A stretch of DNA of 64,000 nucleotides from Escherichia coli (GCF_048403405.1 NZ_CP183129.1); one strand, 5' to 3'. Positions 23,170-45,112 are shown, counted from the stretch's first letter. The notes: generated from the sequence alone by a model not told the origin. Numbers and translations are program-made.

Positions 23170-24039
23170 TTACTCGATTTTCTTTCCCTCCATCAATCGT
23201 TGCACCAGTGGCAGCATAATTAATTCCATTGCCAGACCCATTTTGCCGCCCGGTACCACTAACGTATTGATGTGGGAAATGAATGAGCCTTGCAACATCG
23301 CCAGCAGCCAGGGGAAATCGATCCCTTCCAGATTACGAAAATGGATCACCACAAAGCTTTCATCCAGCGACGGGATAGCTTTTGCCGCGAACGGGTTTGA
23401 AGTGTCGACGGTGGGAACGCGCTGGAAGTTAAGATGGGTGCGGGAAAACTGCGGTGTGATGTAGTTGATATAGTCTTCCATTGAGCGCACTACCGAGTCC
23501 ATCACTGCTTCTCGTGAGTGCCCGCGCTCGCTGGTGTCGCGGATCAGTTTTTGAATCCACTCAAGGTTAACGATAGGCACCACGCCGACCAGTAAGTCCA
23601 CATGCTGCGCAACGTTATGCTGTGGCGTGACTACGCCGCCGTGTAAACCTTCATAAAACAGTACATCAGTGGGTTCCGGTAAAGGTTGCCAGGGGGTGAA
23701 TGTCCCCGGTACCTGATTCCACGGTACGGCTTCATCGTAGGTATGCAGATATTTGCGAGATTTCCCTTTGCCGCTCTGACCGTATTCAATGAAGGTTTGT
23801 TCCAGCAGGCCGAAGTCGTTCGCTTCGGGGCCGAAGTAGCTGATATGCCGCCCGGCGTCGCGTGCTTTGCGGATCGCCATGTCCATTTCCGGGCGGGTGT
23901 AACGGTGAAAACTGTCGCCTTCCACCTCAGCTGCATGCAGATTTAACTGCGCGAATATTTTACGAAACGCGAGGCTGGTGGTGGTGGTCCCCGCGCCGCT
24001 GGATCCTGTTACCGCAATGACCGGATGTTTGGCAGACAT
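23170..24039 (-). CDS. prkB: phosphoribulokinase homolog
   Basis: 289 aa with P-loop GSSGAGTTT. Confidence 0.9.
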   Translation of the reverse strand: MSAKHPVIAVTGSSGAGTTTTSLAFRKIFAQLNLHAAEVEGDSFHRYTRPEMDMAIRKARDAGRHISYFGPEANDFGLLEQTFIEYGQSGKGKSRKYLHTYDEAVPWNQVPGTFTPWQPLPEPTDVLFYEGLHGGVVTPQHNVAQHVDLLVGVVPIVNLEWIQKLIRDTSERGHSREAVMDSVVRSMEDYINYITPQFSRTHLNFQRVPTVDTSNPFAAKAIPSLDESFVVIHFRNLEGIDFPWLLAMLQGSFISHINTLVVPGGKMGLAMELIMLPLVQRLMEGKKIE

Positions 24040-24092
24040 AGTAACTCCATGACTTAGCTATCATTATTATCTCGTCCGCCGACGGTTGCAGG

Positions 24093-24311
24093 CTATTCGC
24101 GAAACTGACTGCGCGGCATGATATTGACCGTTTCGTGCAGCTCCGACCATACCAGCACCGCTTCTCCGCACTGTAGCTGGCGTTTGACGTCGGCGACTTT
24201 CTGTTCAAGTGTACGCTCATGTTCACCATAATCGGTGCCTTCACGTAACACAAAGCTTTCAATTAAATTTTCCAGCGTTTCGGGGGAGAGGTCTTGCCAC
24301 GGAATCAACAT
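24093..24311 (-). CDS. yheU: small protein YheU
   Basis: 72 aa ORF overlapping yheT start. Confidence 0.8.
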
Positions 24312-25327
24312 GATTTCGCCTCCAGATACGTTGTTAACCAGTCAGGAATGCGTGACTCCAGCCACATTTGCGGATGAAGTAATGTACCGCCAATAAAGCC
24401 AACATGACCGCCATGTTCAGTCAGTTGATACTCCACCTGCGGGGGGAGACTTTCCGGTTTCGGGATCACCTGATGATCCATAAACGGATCGTCTTTGGCG
24501 TGAATAATCAGCGTCGGTTTGGCGATCCGGTTCAGCATCGGCATGGCGCTACACTGACGATAATAGTCGATAGCGTCAGCGTAGCCGTGAATCCTGGCGG
24601 TGATTAGATCGTCAAATTCACGGATGCGACGTACCGATTTTAATTGCGCGAGATTTATCGGCAGCGTTCCGGGGTAGGCAGCCAGCTTGCGTGTGGCATT
24701 GGCTTTTAACAGGTTCAGCAAGTAACGCTGATAAACGCGGGAAAAGCCCTTTTCCATATGGTAACTACAGGCTTCCAGCATAAACGGCGCAGAGACAATC
24801 ACCGCCGCATCAACCGGGAGATCATTGCCTTCTTTTGCCAGCAAACAGGCCAGCATATTACCGCCGAGCGAATAGCCGACGGCAGCCGTTGGCGCATGAC
24901 CAAACTCGCGTTGCAGCCAGCGTAAAAACCAACTGGCGTCTTCGGTTTCGCCCGAATGGTAAATGCGGTGCATACGGTTTGGTTCACCGCTGCATCCGCG
25001 AAAATGCATCACCACGCCCAGCCAGCCGCGCTTTTGCGCCGCCTCAACCAGACCGTGGGCGTAAGGGCTATTGAGACTGCCTTCGAGCCCGTGAAACACG
25101 ACTAAACGCGGTTTATGCCGCGCCTGTGCAGGATCTTCACTCCACGCGAGATCGACAAAATCGCCGTCGGGCAACTCCAGTCGCTGCCAGTGCGGGGTGA
25201 ATTTCACCTTGCGACGAAACAGACGCGGCAGCATGGTTTGTAGATGACAATTGCTAAAGCCGCGCATAGGGGTGAATTCAGCACTGCTGCTGAATTCATT
25301 GGCATCGGTCGTCGTTATCTGCGCCAT
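24305..25327 (-). CDS. yheT: alpha/beta hydrolase YheT
   Basis: 340 aa with GYSLGG nucleophile elbow. Confidence 0.85.
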
Positions 25328-27240
25328 CAGTTGCTTTGGCCTTCCAGCAGCATCTGCTCAAGCTGCTCCTGGGCTTCCAGCCACGCCATTTCGCACTCTT
25401 CCAGGCCGGATTTGGCGCTGGCTTGCTGTTGCAGGCAGGCGGTCAGTTCTGCTTTACGGCTTTGATCGTACAGTTCGCTGTCGCCGAGTTTCTCTTCCGC
25501 CTGCGCCAGCTGTGCGTTCAGCTTTTCCATCTCTTTTTCCAGACGGGCGATCTCTTTACGCAGCGGTTGGGTTTGCGCACGCAGCTCCGCTTCCCGACGC
25601 TTCTGATCTTTACGTGCCTGGGCGCTGTTTGCGTTCTCTTTTGGCGCTTCGGCGGTCTGGTTTTCCTGCTTTTGTACGTCGCTCAACCACTGTTGATAAT
25701 CTTCCAGATCGCCGTCGAACGGTTCGACTTTACGATCGTGAACCAGGTAGAGATCGTCAGTGGTGGAACGCAGCAAATGACGGTCGTGCGAGACGACAAC
25801 CAGCGCGCCTTCGAACTCGATTAATGCTTCAGTCAGTGCCTGACGCATGTCGAGGTCAAGGTGGTTAGTCGGTTCGTCGAGCAGCAGCAGATTCGGACGC
25901 TGCCAGACAATTAATGCCAGCACCAGGCGGGCTTTTTCCCCACCGGAGAAGCGGCGCGTTTCTTCCGTCACTTTATCGCCCTGGAAACCAAAGCCGCCGA
26001 GGTAGTCACGCAGTTTTTGCTCCAGTTCCTGCGGCGCTAAACGTGCCAGATGTTGAATAGGCGATTCGTCGGCGCGCAGGTATTCCAGTTGATGCTGGGC
26101 GAAGTAGCCGAGCTTGATCCCTTTCGCCAGACCAATTTCACCGCTGACTGGCTCAAGTTCACCGGCTAACAGTTTGATTAATGTCGATTTACCCGCGCCA
26201 TTGCGGCCTAACAGACCAATGCGCGAGCCGGGCACCAGGTTCAGTTTAATCGAGTCGAGAATAATGCGATCGCCATAGCCTGCGCTGACCTTTTCCATCT
26301 TCAGTAACGGATTTGGCAGGCTTTCCGGCGCGCGGAAGCTAAAACGGAACGGGTTGTCGACGTGCGCGGGGGCAATCAGCTCCATACGCTCCAGCATCTT
26401 AATGCGGCTCTGGGCCTGCTTCGCTTTGGTGGCTTTGGCACGGAAACGGTCGATATAACTTTGCAGATGCGCCACGCGTTCCTGCTGGCTTTCGTACATC
26501 GCTTGTTGCTGCGCCAGACGGGTGGCGCGCTGCACTTCAAACGAACTGTAGTTGCCGGTGTACTCGAACATGCTTTGTTGTTCGATATGAATAATTTTAT
26601 CAACGATCGGATCGAGGAAGTCGCGGTCGTGAGAGATCAGGATCAGCGTGCCCTGATAGCTCTTCAGCCATTTTTCCAGCCAGATAACGGCATCGAGATC
26701 GAGGTGGTTAGTCGGTTCGTCGAGCAGCAGCAAGTCTGAACGGCAAATCAGCGCCTGGGCAAGGTTAAGACGCATACGCCAGCCACCGGAGAAATCACTC
26801 ACCGGGCGCTCCAGTTGTTCATTGCTGAAACCGAGGCCGTGCAGCAGGCTGGCGGCACGGGAGCGAATACTCCATGCGTCGATAGCATCCAGCTTGCCAT
26901 GAATGGTGGCGATGGCGTGCCCGTCGTTACGTTCGTTGGCGTCGTGTAGCTGCGCTTCCAGTTGACGATATTCACGGTCGCCGTCAATGACATATTCCAG
27001 CGCCGCTTGCGGTAACGCCGGCGTTTCCTGATTCACCCACGCCAGTTGCCAGCTTCCCGGAAAGGTGTAGCTGCCGCCGTCGGCGCTGATTTCATTTTTC
27101 AGCAATGCCAGCAGGGTAGATTTACCACAGCCGTTTTTACCCACCAGGCCGACTTTCTGCCCGGGGTTGATGGTGGCGGTGGCATTATCCAGCAGGACGC
27201 GCACGCCGCGACGAATTTGTAACGAGGAGAAAACAATCAT
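25327..27240 (-). CDS. yheS: ABC-F family ATPase
   Basis: 637 aa with two ABC cassettes (GKNGCGKST, GRNGAGKST). Confidence 0.9.
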   Translation of the reverse strand: MIVFSSLQIRRGVRVLLDNATATINPGQKVGLVGKNGCGKSTLLALLKNEISADGGSYTFPGSWQLAWVNQETPALPQAALEYVIDGDREYRQLEAQLHDANERNDGHAIATIHGKLDAIDAWSIRSRAASLLHGLGFSNEQLERPVSDFSGGWRMRLNLAQALICRSDLLLLDEPTNHLDLDAVIWLEKWLKSYQGTLILISHDRDFLDPIVDKIIHIEQQSMFEYTGNYSSFEVQRATRLAQQQAMYESQQERVAHLQSYIDRFRAKATKAKQAQSRIKMLERMELIAPAHVDNPFRFSFRAPESLPNPLLKMEKVSAGYGDRIILDSIKLNLVPGSRIGLLGRNGAGKSTLIKLLAGELEPVSGEIGLAKGIKLGYFAQHQLEYLRADESPIQHLARLAPQELEQKLRDYLGGFGFQGDKVTEETRRFSGGEKARLVLALIVWQRPNLLLLDEPTNHLDLDMRQALTEALIEFEGALVVVSHDRHLLRSTTDDLYLVHDRKVEPFDGDLEDYQQWLSDVQKQENQTAEAPKENANSAQARKDQKRREAELRAQTQPLRKEIARLEKEMEKLNAQLAQAEEKLGDSELYDQSRKAELTACLQQQASAKSGLEECEMAWLEAQEQLEQMLLEGQSN

Positions 27241-27367
27241 AAGGTGCCGTATGTTCAGACTATGTTAACTTATCATTATGATAATGTAATGTATGGGCGA
27301 GCTGCCGCACCGGGCGCAATGGTAGCCCAAAACAGCGACTATACACAAAAACCATACCGGGAGGGGG

Positions 27368-27922
27368 ATGATGTCTCAGCCAGCGAAAGTTTTGCTGCTG
27401 TATGCCCATCCGGAATCTCAGGACTCGGTGGCAAACCGGGTACTGCTTAAACCGGCCACGCAGCTCAGCAATGTTACCGTGCACGACCTTTACGCGCACT
27501 ATCCCGATTTTTTTATTGATATCCCCCGTGAGCAGGCATTACTGCGCGAGCACGAGGTGATTGTCTTTCAGCATCCTCTTTATACCTATAGCTGCCCGGC
27601 GCTACTGAAAGAGTGGCTGGACCGGGTATTAAGCCGTGGTTTTGCCAGCGGGCCGGGAGGAAACCAACTGGCGGGAAAGTACTGGCGTAGCGTGATTACC
27701 ACCGGCGAGCCGGAAAGTGCTTACCGTTATGACGCCTTGAATCGCTACCCGATGAGCGATGTTCTGCGCCCCTTTGAACTAGCGGCGGGCATGTGCCGGA
27801 TGCATTGGTTGAGTCCCATCATTATTTACTGGGCGAGACGGCAAAGCGCACAGGAGCTGGCGAGTCACGCCAGAGCCTACGGTGACTGGCTGGCAAATCC
27901 GCTGTCTCCAGGAGGCCGCTGA
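27368..27922 (+). CDS. kefG: KefB ancillary flavodoxin-like protein
   Basis: 184 aa; stop overlaps kefB start (tgATGg). Confidence 0.9.
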
Positions 27923-29727
27923 TGGAAGGTTCCGATTTTTTACTCGCAGGAGTGTTGTTTCTCTTCGCGGCGGTGGCTGCGGTGCCGCTGGCATCGCGGC
28001 TGGGTATTGGCGCTGTGTTGGGATATTTGCTGGCAGGGATTGCAATTGGCCCGTGGGGGCTGGGTTTTATTAGCGACGTCGATGAGATCCTCCACTTTTC
28101 GGAACTCGGCGTGGTGTTCCTGATGTTTATCATCGGCCTGGAGTTGAATCCCTCCAAGCTTTGGCAATTGCGGCGTTCGATTTTTGGCGTAGGTGCGGCA
28201 CAGGTGCTGTTAAGCGCGGCGTTGCTGGCGGGATTATTGATGCTGACGGATTTCGCCTGGCAGGCGGCGGTGGTCGGTGGCATTGGCCTTGCGATGTCTT
28301 CAACTGCAATGGCGTTGCAATTGATGCGTGAGAAAGGGATGAATCGCAGCGAATCCGGGCAGTTAGGTTTCTCGGTACTGCTGTTTCAGGATCTGGCGGT
28401 GATCCCGGCACTGGCGTTAGTGCCGTTGTTGGCGGGTTCGGCAGACGAACATTTCGACTGGATGAAGATCGGCATGAAGGTGCTGGCGTTTGTCGGCATG
28501 CTGATTGGCGGGCGCTATTTACTGCGTCCGGTATTCCGTTTTATTGCAGCTTCTGGTGTGCGGGAAGTGTTCACCGCCGCGACGCTGCTGCTGGTGTTGG
28601 GTTCCGCATTGTTTATGGATGCGCTGGGGCTGTCGATGGCGCTCGGTACGTTTATTGCGGGCGTGCTGCTGGCGGAAAGTGAATATCGTCATGAACTGGA
28701 AACGGCTATCGATCCCTTCAAAGGCTTGCTGCTCGGTTTGTTCTTTATCTCTGTCGGCATGTCACTCAACCTCGGGGTGCTTTATACCCATCTGTTGTGG
28801 GTAGTGATAGCTGTGGTTGTGCTGGTGGCGGTGAAAATTCTCGTGCTGTATCTGCTGGCGCGATTGTATGGCGTGCGTAGCTCAGAGCGGATGCAGTTTG
28901 CTGGCGTGTTGAGTCAGGGCGGTGAGTTTGCCTTTGTGCTCTTTTCTACCGCTTCTTCACAACGCTTATTCCATGGCGACCAGATGGCGCTGTTACTGGT
29001 GACGGTGACGCTTTCCATGATGACCACGCCGCTGCTGATGAAGCTGGTAGATAAATGGCTATCCCGCCAGTTTAACGGACCGGAAGAAGAAGTCGAAAAA
29101 CCGTGGGTCAACGATGATAAACCGCAGGTCATTGTCGTGGGCTTTGGGCGTTTTGGTCAGGTGATTGGTCGCTTGCTGATGGCAAATAAAATGCGCATTA
29201 CTGTGCTGGAGCGGGATATCAGCGCCGTTAACCTGATGCGCAAATATGGCTACAAAGTTTATTACGGCGACGCCACGCAGGTCGATCTGTTACGTTCTGC
29301 GGGTGCAGAGGCCGCTGAGTCTATCGTCATTACCTGTAACGAGCCGGAAGACACCATGAAACTGGTGGAAATATGCCAGCAGCACTTTCCGCATTTGCAT
29401 ATTCTTGCGCGAGCGCGCGGACGTGTGGAAGCGCATGAGTTATTACAGGCAGGGGTGACGCAGTTTTCCCGTGAAACATTCTCCAGTGCGTTAGAGCTGG
29501 GGCGCAAGACGCTGGTCACGCTTGGCATGCATCCGCATCAGGCACAGCGGGCGCAACTGCATTTTCGCCGCCTGGATATGCGGATGCTGCGAGAGCTCAT
29601 CCCAATGCATGCCGATACCGTACAAATTTCTCGCGCCAGGGAAGCCCGACGCGAACTGGAAGAGATTTTCCAGCGTGAAATGCAACAAGAACGACGCCAG
29701 CTGGACGGCTGGGATGAATTTGAGTAG
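27922..29727 (+). CDS. kefB: glutathione-regulated K+ efflux system protein
   Basis: 601 aa; membrane domain plus C-terminal Rossmann-like regulatory domain. Confidence 0.95.
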   Translation: MEGSDFLLAGVLFLFAAVAAVPLASRLGIGAVLGYLLAGIAIGPWGLGFISDVDEILHFSELGVVFLMFIIGLELNPSKLWQLRRSIFGVGAAQVLLSAALLAGLLMLTDFAWQAAVVGGIGLAMSSTAMALQLMREKGMNRSESGQLGFSVLLFQDLAVIPALALVPLLAGSADEHFDWMKIGMKVLAFVGMLIGGRYLLRPVFRFIAASGVREVFTAATLLLVLGSALFMDALGLSMALGTFIAGVLLAESEYRHELETAIDPFKGLLLGLFFISVGMSLNLGVLYTHLLWVVIAVVVLVAVKILVLYLLARLYGVRSSERMQFAGVLSQGGEFAFVLFSTASSQRLFHGDQMALLLVTVTLSMMTTPLLMKLVDKWLSRQFNGPEEEVEKPWVNDDKPQVIVVGFGRFGQVIGRLLMANKMRITVLERDISAVNLMRKYGYKVYYGDATQVDLLRSAGAEAAESIVITCNEPEDTMKLVEICQQHFPHLHILARARGRVEAHELLQAGVTQFSRETFSSALELGRKTLVTLGMHPHQAQRAQLHFRRLDMRMLRELIPMHADTVQISRAREARRELEEIFQREMQQERRQLDGWDEFE

Positions 29728-29736
29728 AGGGTAAAG

Positions 29737-29937
29737 ATGGCAATCCGAAAACGTTTTATTGCGGGCGCAAAATGCCCGGCCTGTCAGGCGCAGGATTCAA
29801 TGGCGATGTGGCGCGAAAATAATATTGATATTGTTGAATGTGTTAAGTGCGGACATCAGATGCGAGAAGCGGACAAAGAAGCCCGCGATCACGTTCGCAA
29901 AGATGAGCAAGTGATCGGGATTTTTCATCCGGACTAG
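29737..29937 (+). CDS. yheV: zinc-ribbon protein YheV
   Basis: 66 aa with CPAC...CVKCGH motif. Confidence 0.8.
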   Translation: MAIRKRFIAGAKCPACQAQDSMAMWRENNIDIVECVKCGHQMREADKEARDHVRKDEQVIGIFHPD

Positions 29938-30031
29938 CGATATGCGCCGAGTTTTTTTAAGCTAGTGAGTACACGGCTGCAGAATTCCGCTACAATCTGC
30001 GCCACTATTCTTCCCATGCTCAGGAGATATC

Positions 30032-30622
30032 ATGAAAGTAGCAAAAGACCTGGTGGTCAGCCTGGCCTATCAGGTACGTACAGAAGACGGTGTGTTGGTT
30101 GATGAGTCTCCGGTGAGTGCGCCGCTGGACTACCTGCATGGTCACGGTTCCCTGATCTCTGGCCTGGAAACGGCGCTGGAAGGTCACGAAGTTGGCGACA
30201 AATTTGATGTCGCTGTTGGCGCGAACGACGCTTACGGTCAGTACGACGAAAACCTGGTGCAACGCGTTCCTAAAGACGTATTTATGGGCGTTGATGAACT
30301 GCAGGTAGGTATGCGTTTCCTGGCTGAAACTGACCAGGGTCCGGTACCGGTTGAAATCACTGCGGTTGAAGACGATCACGTCGTGGTTGATGGTAACCAC
30401 ATGCTGGCCGGTCAGAACCTGAAATTCAACGTTGAAGTTGTGGCGATTCGCGAAGCGACTGAAGAAGAACTGGCTCATGGCCACGTTCACGGTGCGCACG
30501 ATCATCACCACGATCACGACCACGACGGTTGCTGCGGTGGTCATGGCCACGATCACGGTCATGAACACGGTGGCGAAGGCTGCTGCGGCGGTAAAGGTAA
30601 CGGCGGTTGCGGTTGCCACTAA
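30032..30622 (+). CDS. slyD: FKBP-type peptidyl-prolyl isomerase / metallochaperone
   Basis: 196 aa with His/Cys-rich C-terminal tail. Confidence 0.95.
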   Translation: MKVAKDLVVSLAYQVRTEDGVLVDESPVSAPLDYLHGHGSLISGLETALEGHEVGDKFDVAVGANDAYGQYDENLVQRVPKDVFMGVDELQVGMRFLAETDQGPVPVEITAVEDDHVVVDGNHMLAGQNLKFNVEVVAIREATEEELAHGHVHGAHDHHHDHDHDGCCGGHGHDHGHEHGGEGCCGGKGNGGCGCH

Positions 30623-30639
30623 TACCGAAAAAGTGACAA

Positions 30640-30667
30640 AAAAGCGGGGGAATCCCCGCTTTTTTTA
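30640..30667. terminator. bidirectional terminator between slyD and slyX
   Basis: Hairpin aaaagcgggg-aat-ccccgcttttt flanked by A- and T-runs. Confidence 0.55.
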
Positions 30668-30671
30668 CGCC

Positions 30672-30890
30672 TCAATAATGTGGCGGTGGCGTTTCTTCAG
30701 CCTGCGACGCGATGTTCGACGGCTGGCTGGCTTTTAGCTTCTCGGTCAGCAGACGCAGATGATCGCGCAGTTTCGCCATCTCCATTTCATGAGCGGTCAC
30801 CGTGACGTTCAGTTCTTCAATGGTGATTTCCTGAAAAGCCAGTCGGCTCTCCAGCTCTGCCAGGCGTGCTTCCAATGATAAATCCTGCAT
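30672..30890 (-). CDS. slyX: SlyX protein
   Basis: 72 aa coiled-coil-like ORF. Confidence 0.85.
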
Positions 30891-31110
30891 GATTCACCTC
30901 TTTTGTCGAATGGTCGCCGCGGATTCTACTTAACTTTGCTGCCCGAGACAGCACTCATTTCGCGGTCATCGAAACTAATTTAAACAAAAAGAGTCTGAAA
31001 ATAGATGATAATAGGGCGTGTCTGTATGTAGATTTGTTCGACAACGCTTTATAGTACCCTTCTGATAATAGTTAACCCTGGGGTGAGATGCCCCGATCCT
31101 GGAGATATGG

Positions 31111-31925
31111 ATGAAATCACTGTTTAAAGTAACGCTGCTGGGGCGACCACAATGGCCGTTGCCCTGCATGCACCGATCACTTTTGCTGCTGAAGCTGCAA
31201 AACCTGCTACAACTGCTGACAGCAAAGCAGCGTTCAAAAATGACGATCAGAAATCAGCTTATGCACTGGGTGCTTCGCTGGGTCGTTACATGGAAAACTC
31301 TCTTAAAGAACAAGAAAAACTGGGCATCAAACTGGATAAAGATCAGCTGATCGCTGGTGTTCAGGATGCATTTGCTGATAAGAGCAAACTCTCCGACCAA
31401 GAGATCGAACAGACACTGCAAGCATTCGAAGCTCGCGTGAAGTCTTCTGCTCAGGCGAAGATGGAAAAAGACGCGGCAGATAACGAAGCGAAAGGTAAAG
31501 AGTACCGCGAGAAATTTGCCAAAGAGAAAGGTGTGAAAACCTCTTCAACTGGTCTGGTTTATCAGGTAGTCGAAGCCGGTAAAGGCGAAGCACCGAAAGA
31601 CAGCGATACTGTTGTCGTGAACTACAAAGGTACGCTGATCGACGGTAAAGAGTTCGACAACTCTTACACCCGTGGTGAACCGCTCTCTTTCCGTCTGGAC
31701 GGTGTTATTCCGGGTTGGACAGAAGGTCTGAAGAACATCAAGAAAGGCGGTAAGATCAAACTGGTTATTCCACCAGAACTGGCTTACGGCAAAGCGGGTG
31801 TTCCGGGGATCCCACCGAATTCTACCCTGGTGTTTGACGTAGAGCTGCTGGATGTGAAACCAGCGCCGAAGGCTGATGCAAAGCCGGAAGCTGATGCGAA
31901 AGCCGCAGATTCTGCTAAAAAATAA
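31111..31925 (+). pseudogene. fkpA: periplasmic FKBP-type PPIase FkpA, reading frame broken in the signal-peptide region
   Basis: MKSLFKVTLL in frame 1 from 31111; rest of protein (MAVALHAPITFAAEAAK..., 257 aa) in another frame from 31152; junction is GGGG run 31140-31143. Confidence 0.7.
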
Positions 31926-31932
31926 GCATTAA

Positions 31933-31966
31933 GAACCGCCGCCTGACCAGGCGGCGGTTTTTTTAT
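31933..31966 (+). terminator. rho-independent terminator after fkpA
   Basis: Hairpin ccgccgcc-tgaccag-gcggcgg followed by T7. Confidence 0.65.
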
Positions 31967-32091
31967 TACAGGCCGGATATAATTAGTGCTGGAAAGCGGA
32001 ACCTCCGCTGTATTAATTTAGTTACCCGCATCATTAATGAGCCTGCCCTGAAAAGTTAACGACAGGCTCCTGAAAAGGAGTGTTTTTTTTC

Positions 32092-33199
<1,108 letters not shown>

Positions 33200-33200
<1 letters not shown>

Positions 33201-33559
33201 TGAAACGAATTGCGTTTGTTTTTTCTACTGCGCCTCATGGTACAGCTGCAGGCCGGGAAGGTTTAGATGCTTTACTGGCAACTTCCGCATTAACTGACGA
33301 TCTGGCTGTCTTCTTTATAGCTGATGGCGTTTTTCAGCTGCTGCCAGGACAAAAGCCCGATGCAGTGCTGGCGCGTGATTACATTGCTACTTTTAAATTG
33401 TTGGGTCTGTACGACATTGAACAGTGCTGGGTTTGTGCGGCTTCACTGCGCGAACGCGGGTTAGATCCGCAGACACCCTTTGTTGTCGAAGCCACGCCGC
33501 TCGAAGCAGATGCCTTACGCCGCGAACTCGCCAACTACGATGTTATTTTGAGGTTTTGA
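33200..33559 (+). CDS. tusC: sulfurtransferase complex subunit TusC
   Basis: 119 aa, translationally coupled to tusD. Confidence 0.9.
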
Positions 33560-33566
33560 GGCGTTT

Positions 33567-33854
33567 ATGTTGCACACATTACATCGTTCACCCTGGCTGA
33601 CGGATTTTGCTGCGCTGCTGCGTCTGCTCAGTGAAGGCGACGAACTGCTGTTATTGCAAGATGGTGTAACTGCCGCAGTTGACGGTAACCGCTACCTTGA
33701 AAGTCTGCGTAATGCCCCCATTAAGGTCTATGCCCTGAACGAAGACCTTATTGCCCGCGGTTTGACTGGTCAAATTTCGAACGATATCATTCTCATTGAC
33801 TATACTGATTTCGTCAGACTTACGGTTAAGCACTCCAGCCAGATGGCCTGGTGA
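33567..33854 (+). CDS. tusB: sulfurtransferase complex subunit TusB
   Basis: 95 aa. Confidence 0.9.
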   Translation: MLHTLHRSPWLTDFAALLRLLSEGDELLLLQDGVTAAVDGNRYLESLRNAPIKVYALNEDLIARGLTGQISNDIILIDYTDFVRLTVKHSSQMAW

Positions 33855-33876
33855 TGGCGGGATCGTTGTATATTTC

Positions 33877-34354
<478 letters not shown>

Positions 34355-34435
34355 TGGTTCTCCGTTAAGTAAGGCCAAACGTTTTAACTTAAATGTCAAA
34401 CTAAACTCGTAGAGTTTTGGACAATCCTGAATTAA

Positions 34436-34921
<486 letters not shown>

Positions 34922-35005
34922 TCCCTTCGGAGTTTTAGTCACCAGGCGGGCGCTTCCAGTAAGCAGCCCGCTTTGGGCTACTTAAATTGAACGCCTAAAA
35001 GATAA

Positions 35006-37132
<2,127 letters not shown>

Positions 37133-37145
37133 GCCTAAGGGTTAA

Positions 37146-38387
<1,242 letters not shown>

Positions 38388-38411
38388 TTACACGTTAATT
38401 AGTTTCGAATT

Positions 38412-38439
38412 AAAAAGGGCGCTTCGGCGCCCTTTTTGC
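38412..38439 (+). terminator. terminator after tufA
   Basis: Hairpin aaaagggcgc-ttcg-gcgccctttttg. Confidence 0.65.
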
Positions 38440-38569
38440 TGCCCGTAATTTGAGCTCGAAATATTTAGTCGTAATTTCACTCGCTGAACTATGGCGCAAA
38501 TAAAACTGTGCTATTGTAATCATAACCATTCTCATTTACACTTTGCGCAGAATTTGAACGGGAGCAATC

Positions 38570-38764
38570 ATGTACGTTTGTTTGTGTAATGGTGTAAGTG
38601 ACAAAAAAATTCGCCAGGCAGTCCGTCAGTTTCATCCGCAATCTTTCCAACAATTGCGTAAGTTTATTCCTGTGGGAAATCAATGCGGTAAGTGCATTCG
38701 CGCCGCGCGCGAAGTGATGCAGGACGAGTTGATGCAGATGCCAGAATTTAAAGAGATTGCCTGA
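38570..38764 (+). CDS. bfd: bacterioferritin-associated ferredoxin
   Basis: 64 aa with CxC...CGKC [2Fe-2S] ligands. Confidence 0.9.
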   Translation: MYVCLCNGVSDKKIRQAVRQFHPQSFQQLRKFIPVGNQCGKCIRAAREVMQDELMQMPEFKEIA

Positions 38765-38836
38765 AGCCCACGCTTATTTTTTGACATCCCGCTAGCCCCA
38801 TCTACGCTCTAATAGTGGAAGCGGAGGGACTATAAA

Positions 38837-39313
38837 ATGAAAGGTGATGTTAAAATCATAAATTATCTCAATAAACTATTGGGAAATGAGCTTGTCGCAA
38901 TCAATCAGTATTTTCTCCATGCCCGGATGTTTAAAAACTGGGGCCTGATGCGTCTCAATGACGTCGAATACCATGAATCTATCGATGAGATGAAACACGC
39001 TGATAAATATATCGAGCGTATTTTGTTTTTAGAAGGAATCCCCAACTTACAGGATTTAGGCAAACTGGGGATTGGTGAAGATGTCGAGGAGATGCTGCAA
39101 TCCGACCTGCGATTAGAACTGGAAGGCGCTAAGGATCTCCGTGAGGCTATCGCGTATGCCGACAGCGTTCATGACTATGTTAGCCGTGATATGATGATCG
39201 AGATCCTTGCCGATGAAGAAGGTCATATTGACTGGCTCGAAACTGAGCTGGATCTCATCGGTAAAATCGGTCTACAAAATTACCTGCAATCACAAATAAA
39301 AGTTAAAGATTAA
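38837..39313 (+). CDS. bfr: bacterioferritin
   Basis: 158 aa ferritin-like. Confidence 0.95.
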   Translation: MKGDVKIINYLNKLLGNELVAINQYFLHARMFKNWGLMRLNDVEYHESIDEMKHADKYIERILFLEGIPNLQDLGKLGIGEDVEEMLQSDLRLELEGAKDLREAIAYADSVHDYVSRDMMIEILADEEGHIDWLETELDLIGKIGLQNYLQSQIKVKD

Positions 39314-39777
39314 CGGCCTGCCAGCAAACTATCCCAGCCTACAACGAAACCCGCAGCCGCCAGAAATGGCCCAAACGGCAGCGGGTTTTTTAATGACTCT
39401 TTTCCTCTCATGAGCAGACCAATAACTACGGCTCCGCAAGCGAATGAGGCAGCAAGGAAAACCAGTCGTGGCAAGAAGGTCCATGTATGCCAGGCACCAA
39501 GGGCGGCGAGAAACTTCACATCACCATAGCCTAATCCTTCTTTATGACGCAGTATGCGATACCCCCAGTAAATGACAGCGAATGTGCCGTAACCAATAAT
39601 CGCCCCCCATAACGCATCGGCTAAACCGTCAGGATTACAAACCTGATAGAACAAAAGACCTGACCAGAGTAACGGGCACGTAAATCTGTCAGGTAACAAG
39701 CCATGCTTTGCATCCCAGAAAAAAAGTAGGGCTGATAAACAAGCGTACAAAATCAGAAAGGGAAGGGTAGCGTCCAT
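39310..39777 (-). CDS. short prepilin (leader) peptidase, A24 family
   Basis: 155 aa hydrophobic ORF with [14 protein letters not shown] motif; 3' end overlaps bfr stop; corresponds to the position of gspO/hopD. Confidence 0.7.
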   Translation of the reverse strand: MDATLPFLILYACLSALLFFWDAKHGLLPDRFTCPLLWSGLLFYQVCNPDGLADALWGAIIGYGTFAVIYWGYRILRHKEGLGYGDVKFLAALGAWHTWTFLPRLVFLAASFACGAVVIGLLMRGKESLKNPLPFGPFLAAAGFVVGWDSLLAGR

Positions 39778-39950
39778 AAAACATCCTCTGTAATTGGAGT
39801 ATCACCATCGAATAACTCCGGATGCTCAGCAACAGAGAAATCGCTGATTTGTTAACCTGGTTCCGGTGAAAAACGCTATCTTCACAACTTTACAAATTTC
39901 GTGGAATACAGCTCGCAATCTGCGCGTTGCGATTAATTTCTACCCGATGC

Positions 39951-39978
39951 TTGCGTCAGGCTCAGATTTGCGTATAAT
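39951..39978 (+). promoter_or_regulatory. S10 operon promoter
   Basis: TTGCGT (39951-39956), 16 bp spacer, TATAAT (39973-39978), GC-rich discriminator. Confidence 0.55.
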
Positions 39979-40467
<489 letters not shown>

Positions 40468-40487
40468 TCAGGTCATTGAGCGATTGA

Positions 40488-42883
<2,396 letters not shown>

Positions 42884-42896
42884 TTTTAGAGGATAA

Positions 42897-43178
<282 letters not shown>

Positions 43179-43183
43179 GGTAG

Positions 43184-45112
<1,929 letters not shown>

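Noticed and set aside
25251-25868. 205-aa and 162-aa plus-strand ORFs opposite yheS/yheT
   Set aside because: Antisense artefacts; yheS contains two canonical ABC cassettes on the minus strand.
30020-30619. 199-aa minus-strand ORF rich in Thr/Ala/Val repeats
   Set aside because: Reverse complement of the slyD coding region including the His/Cys-rich tail.
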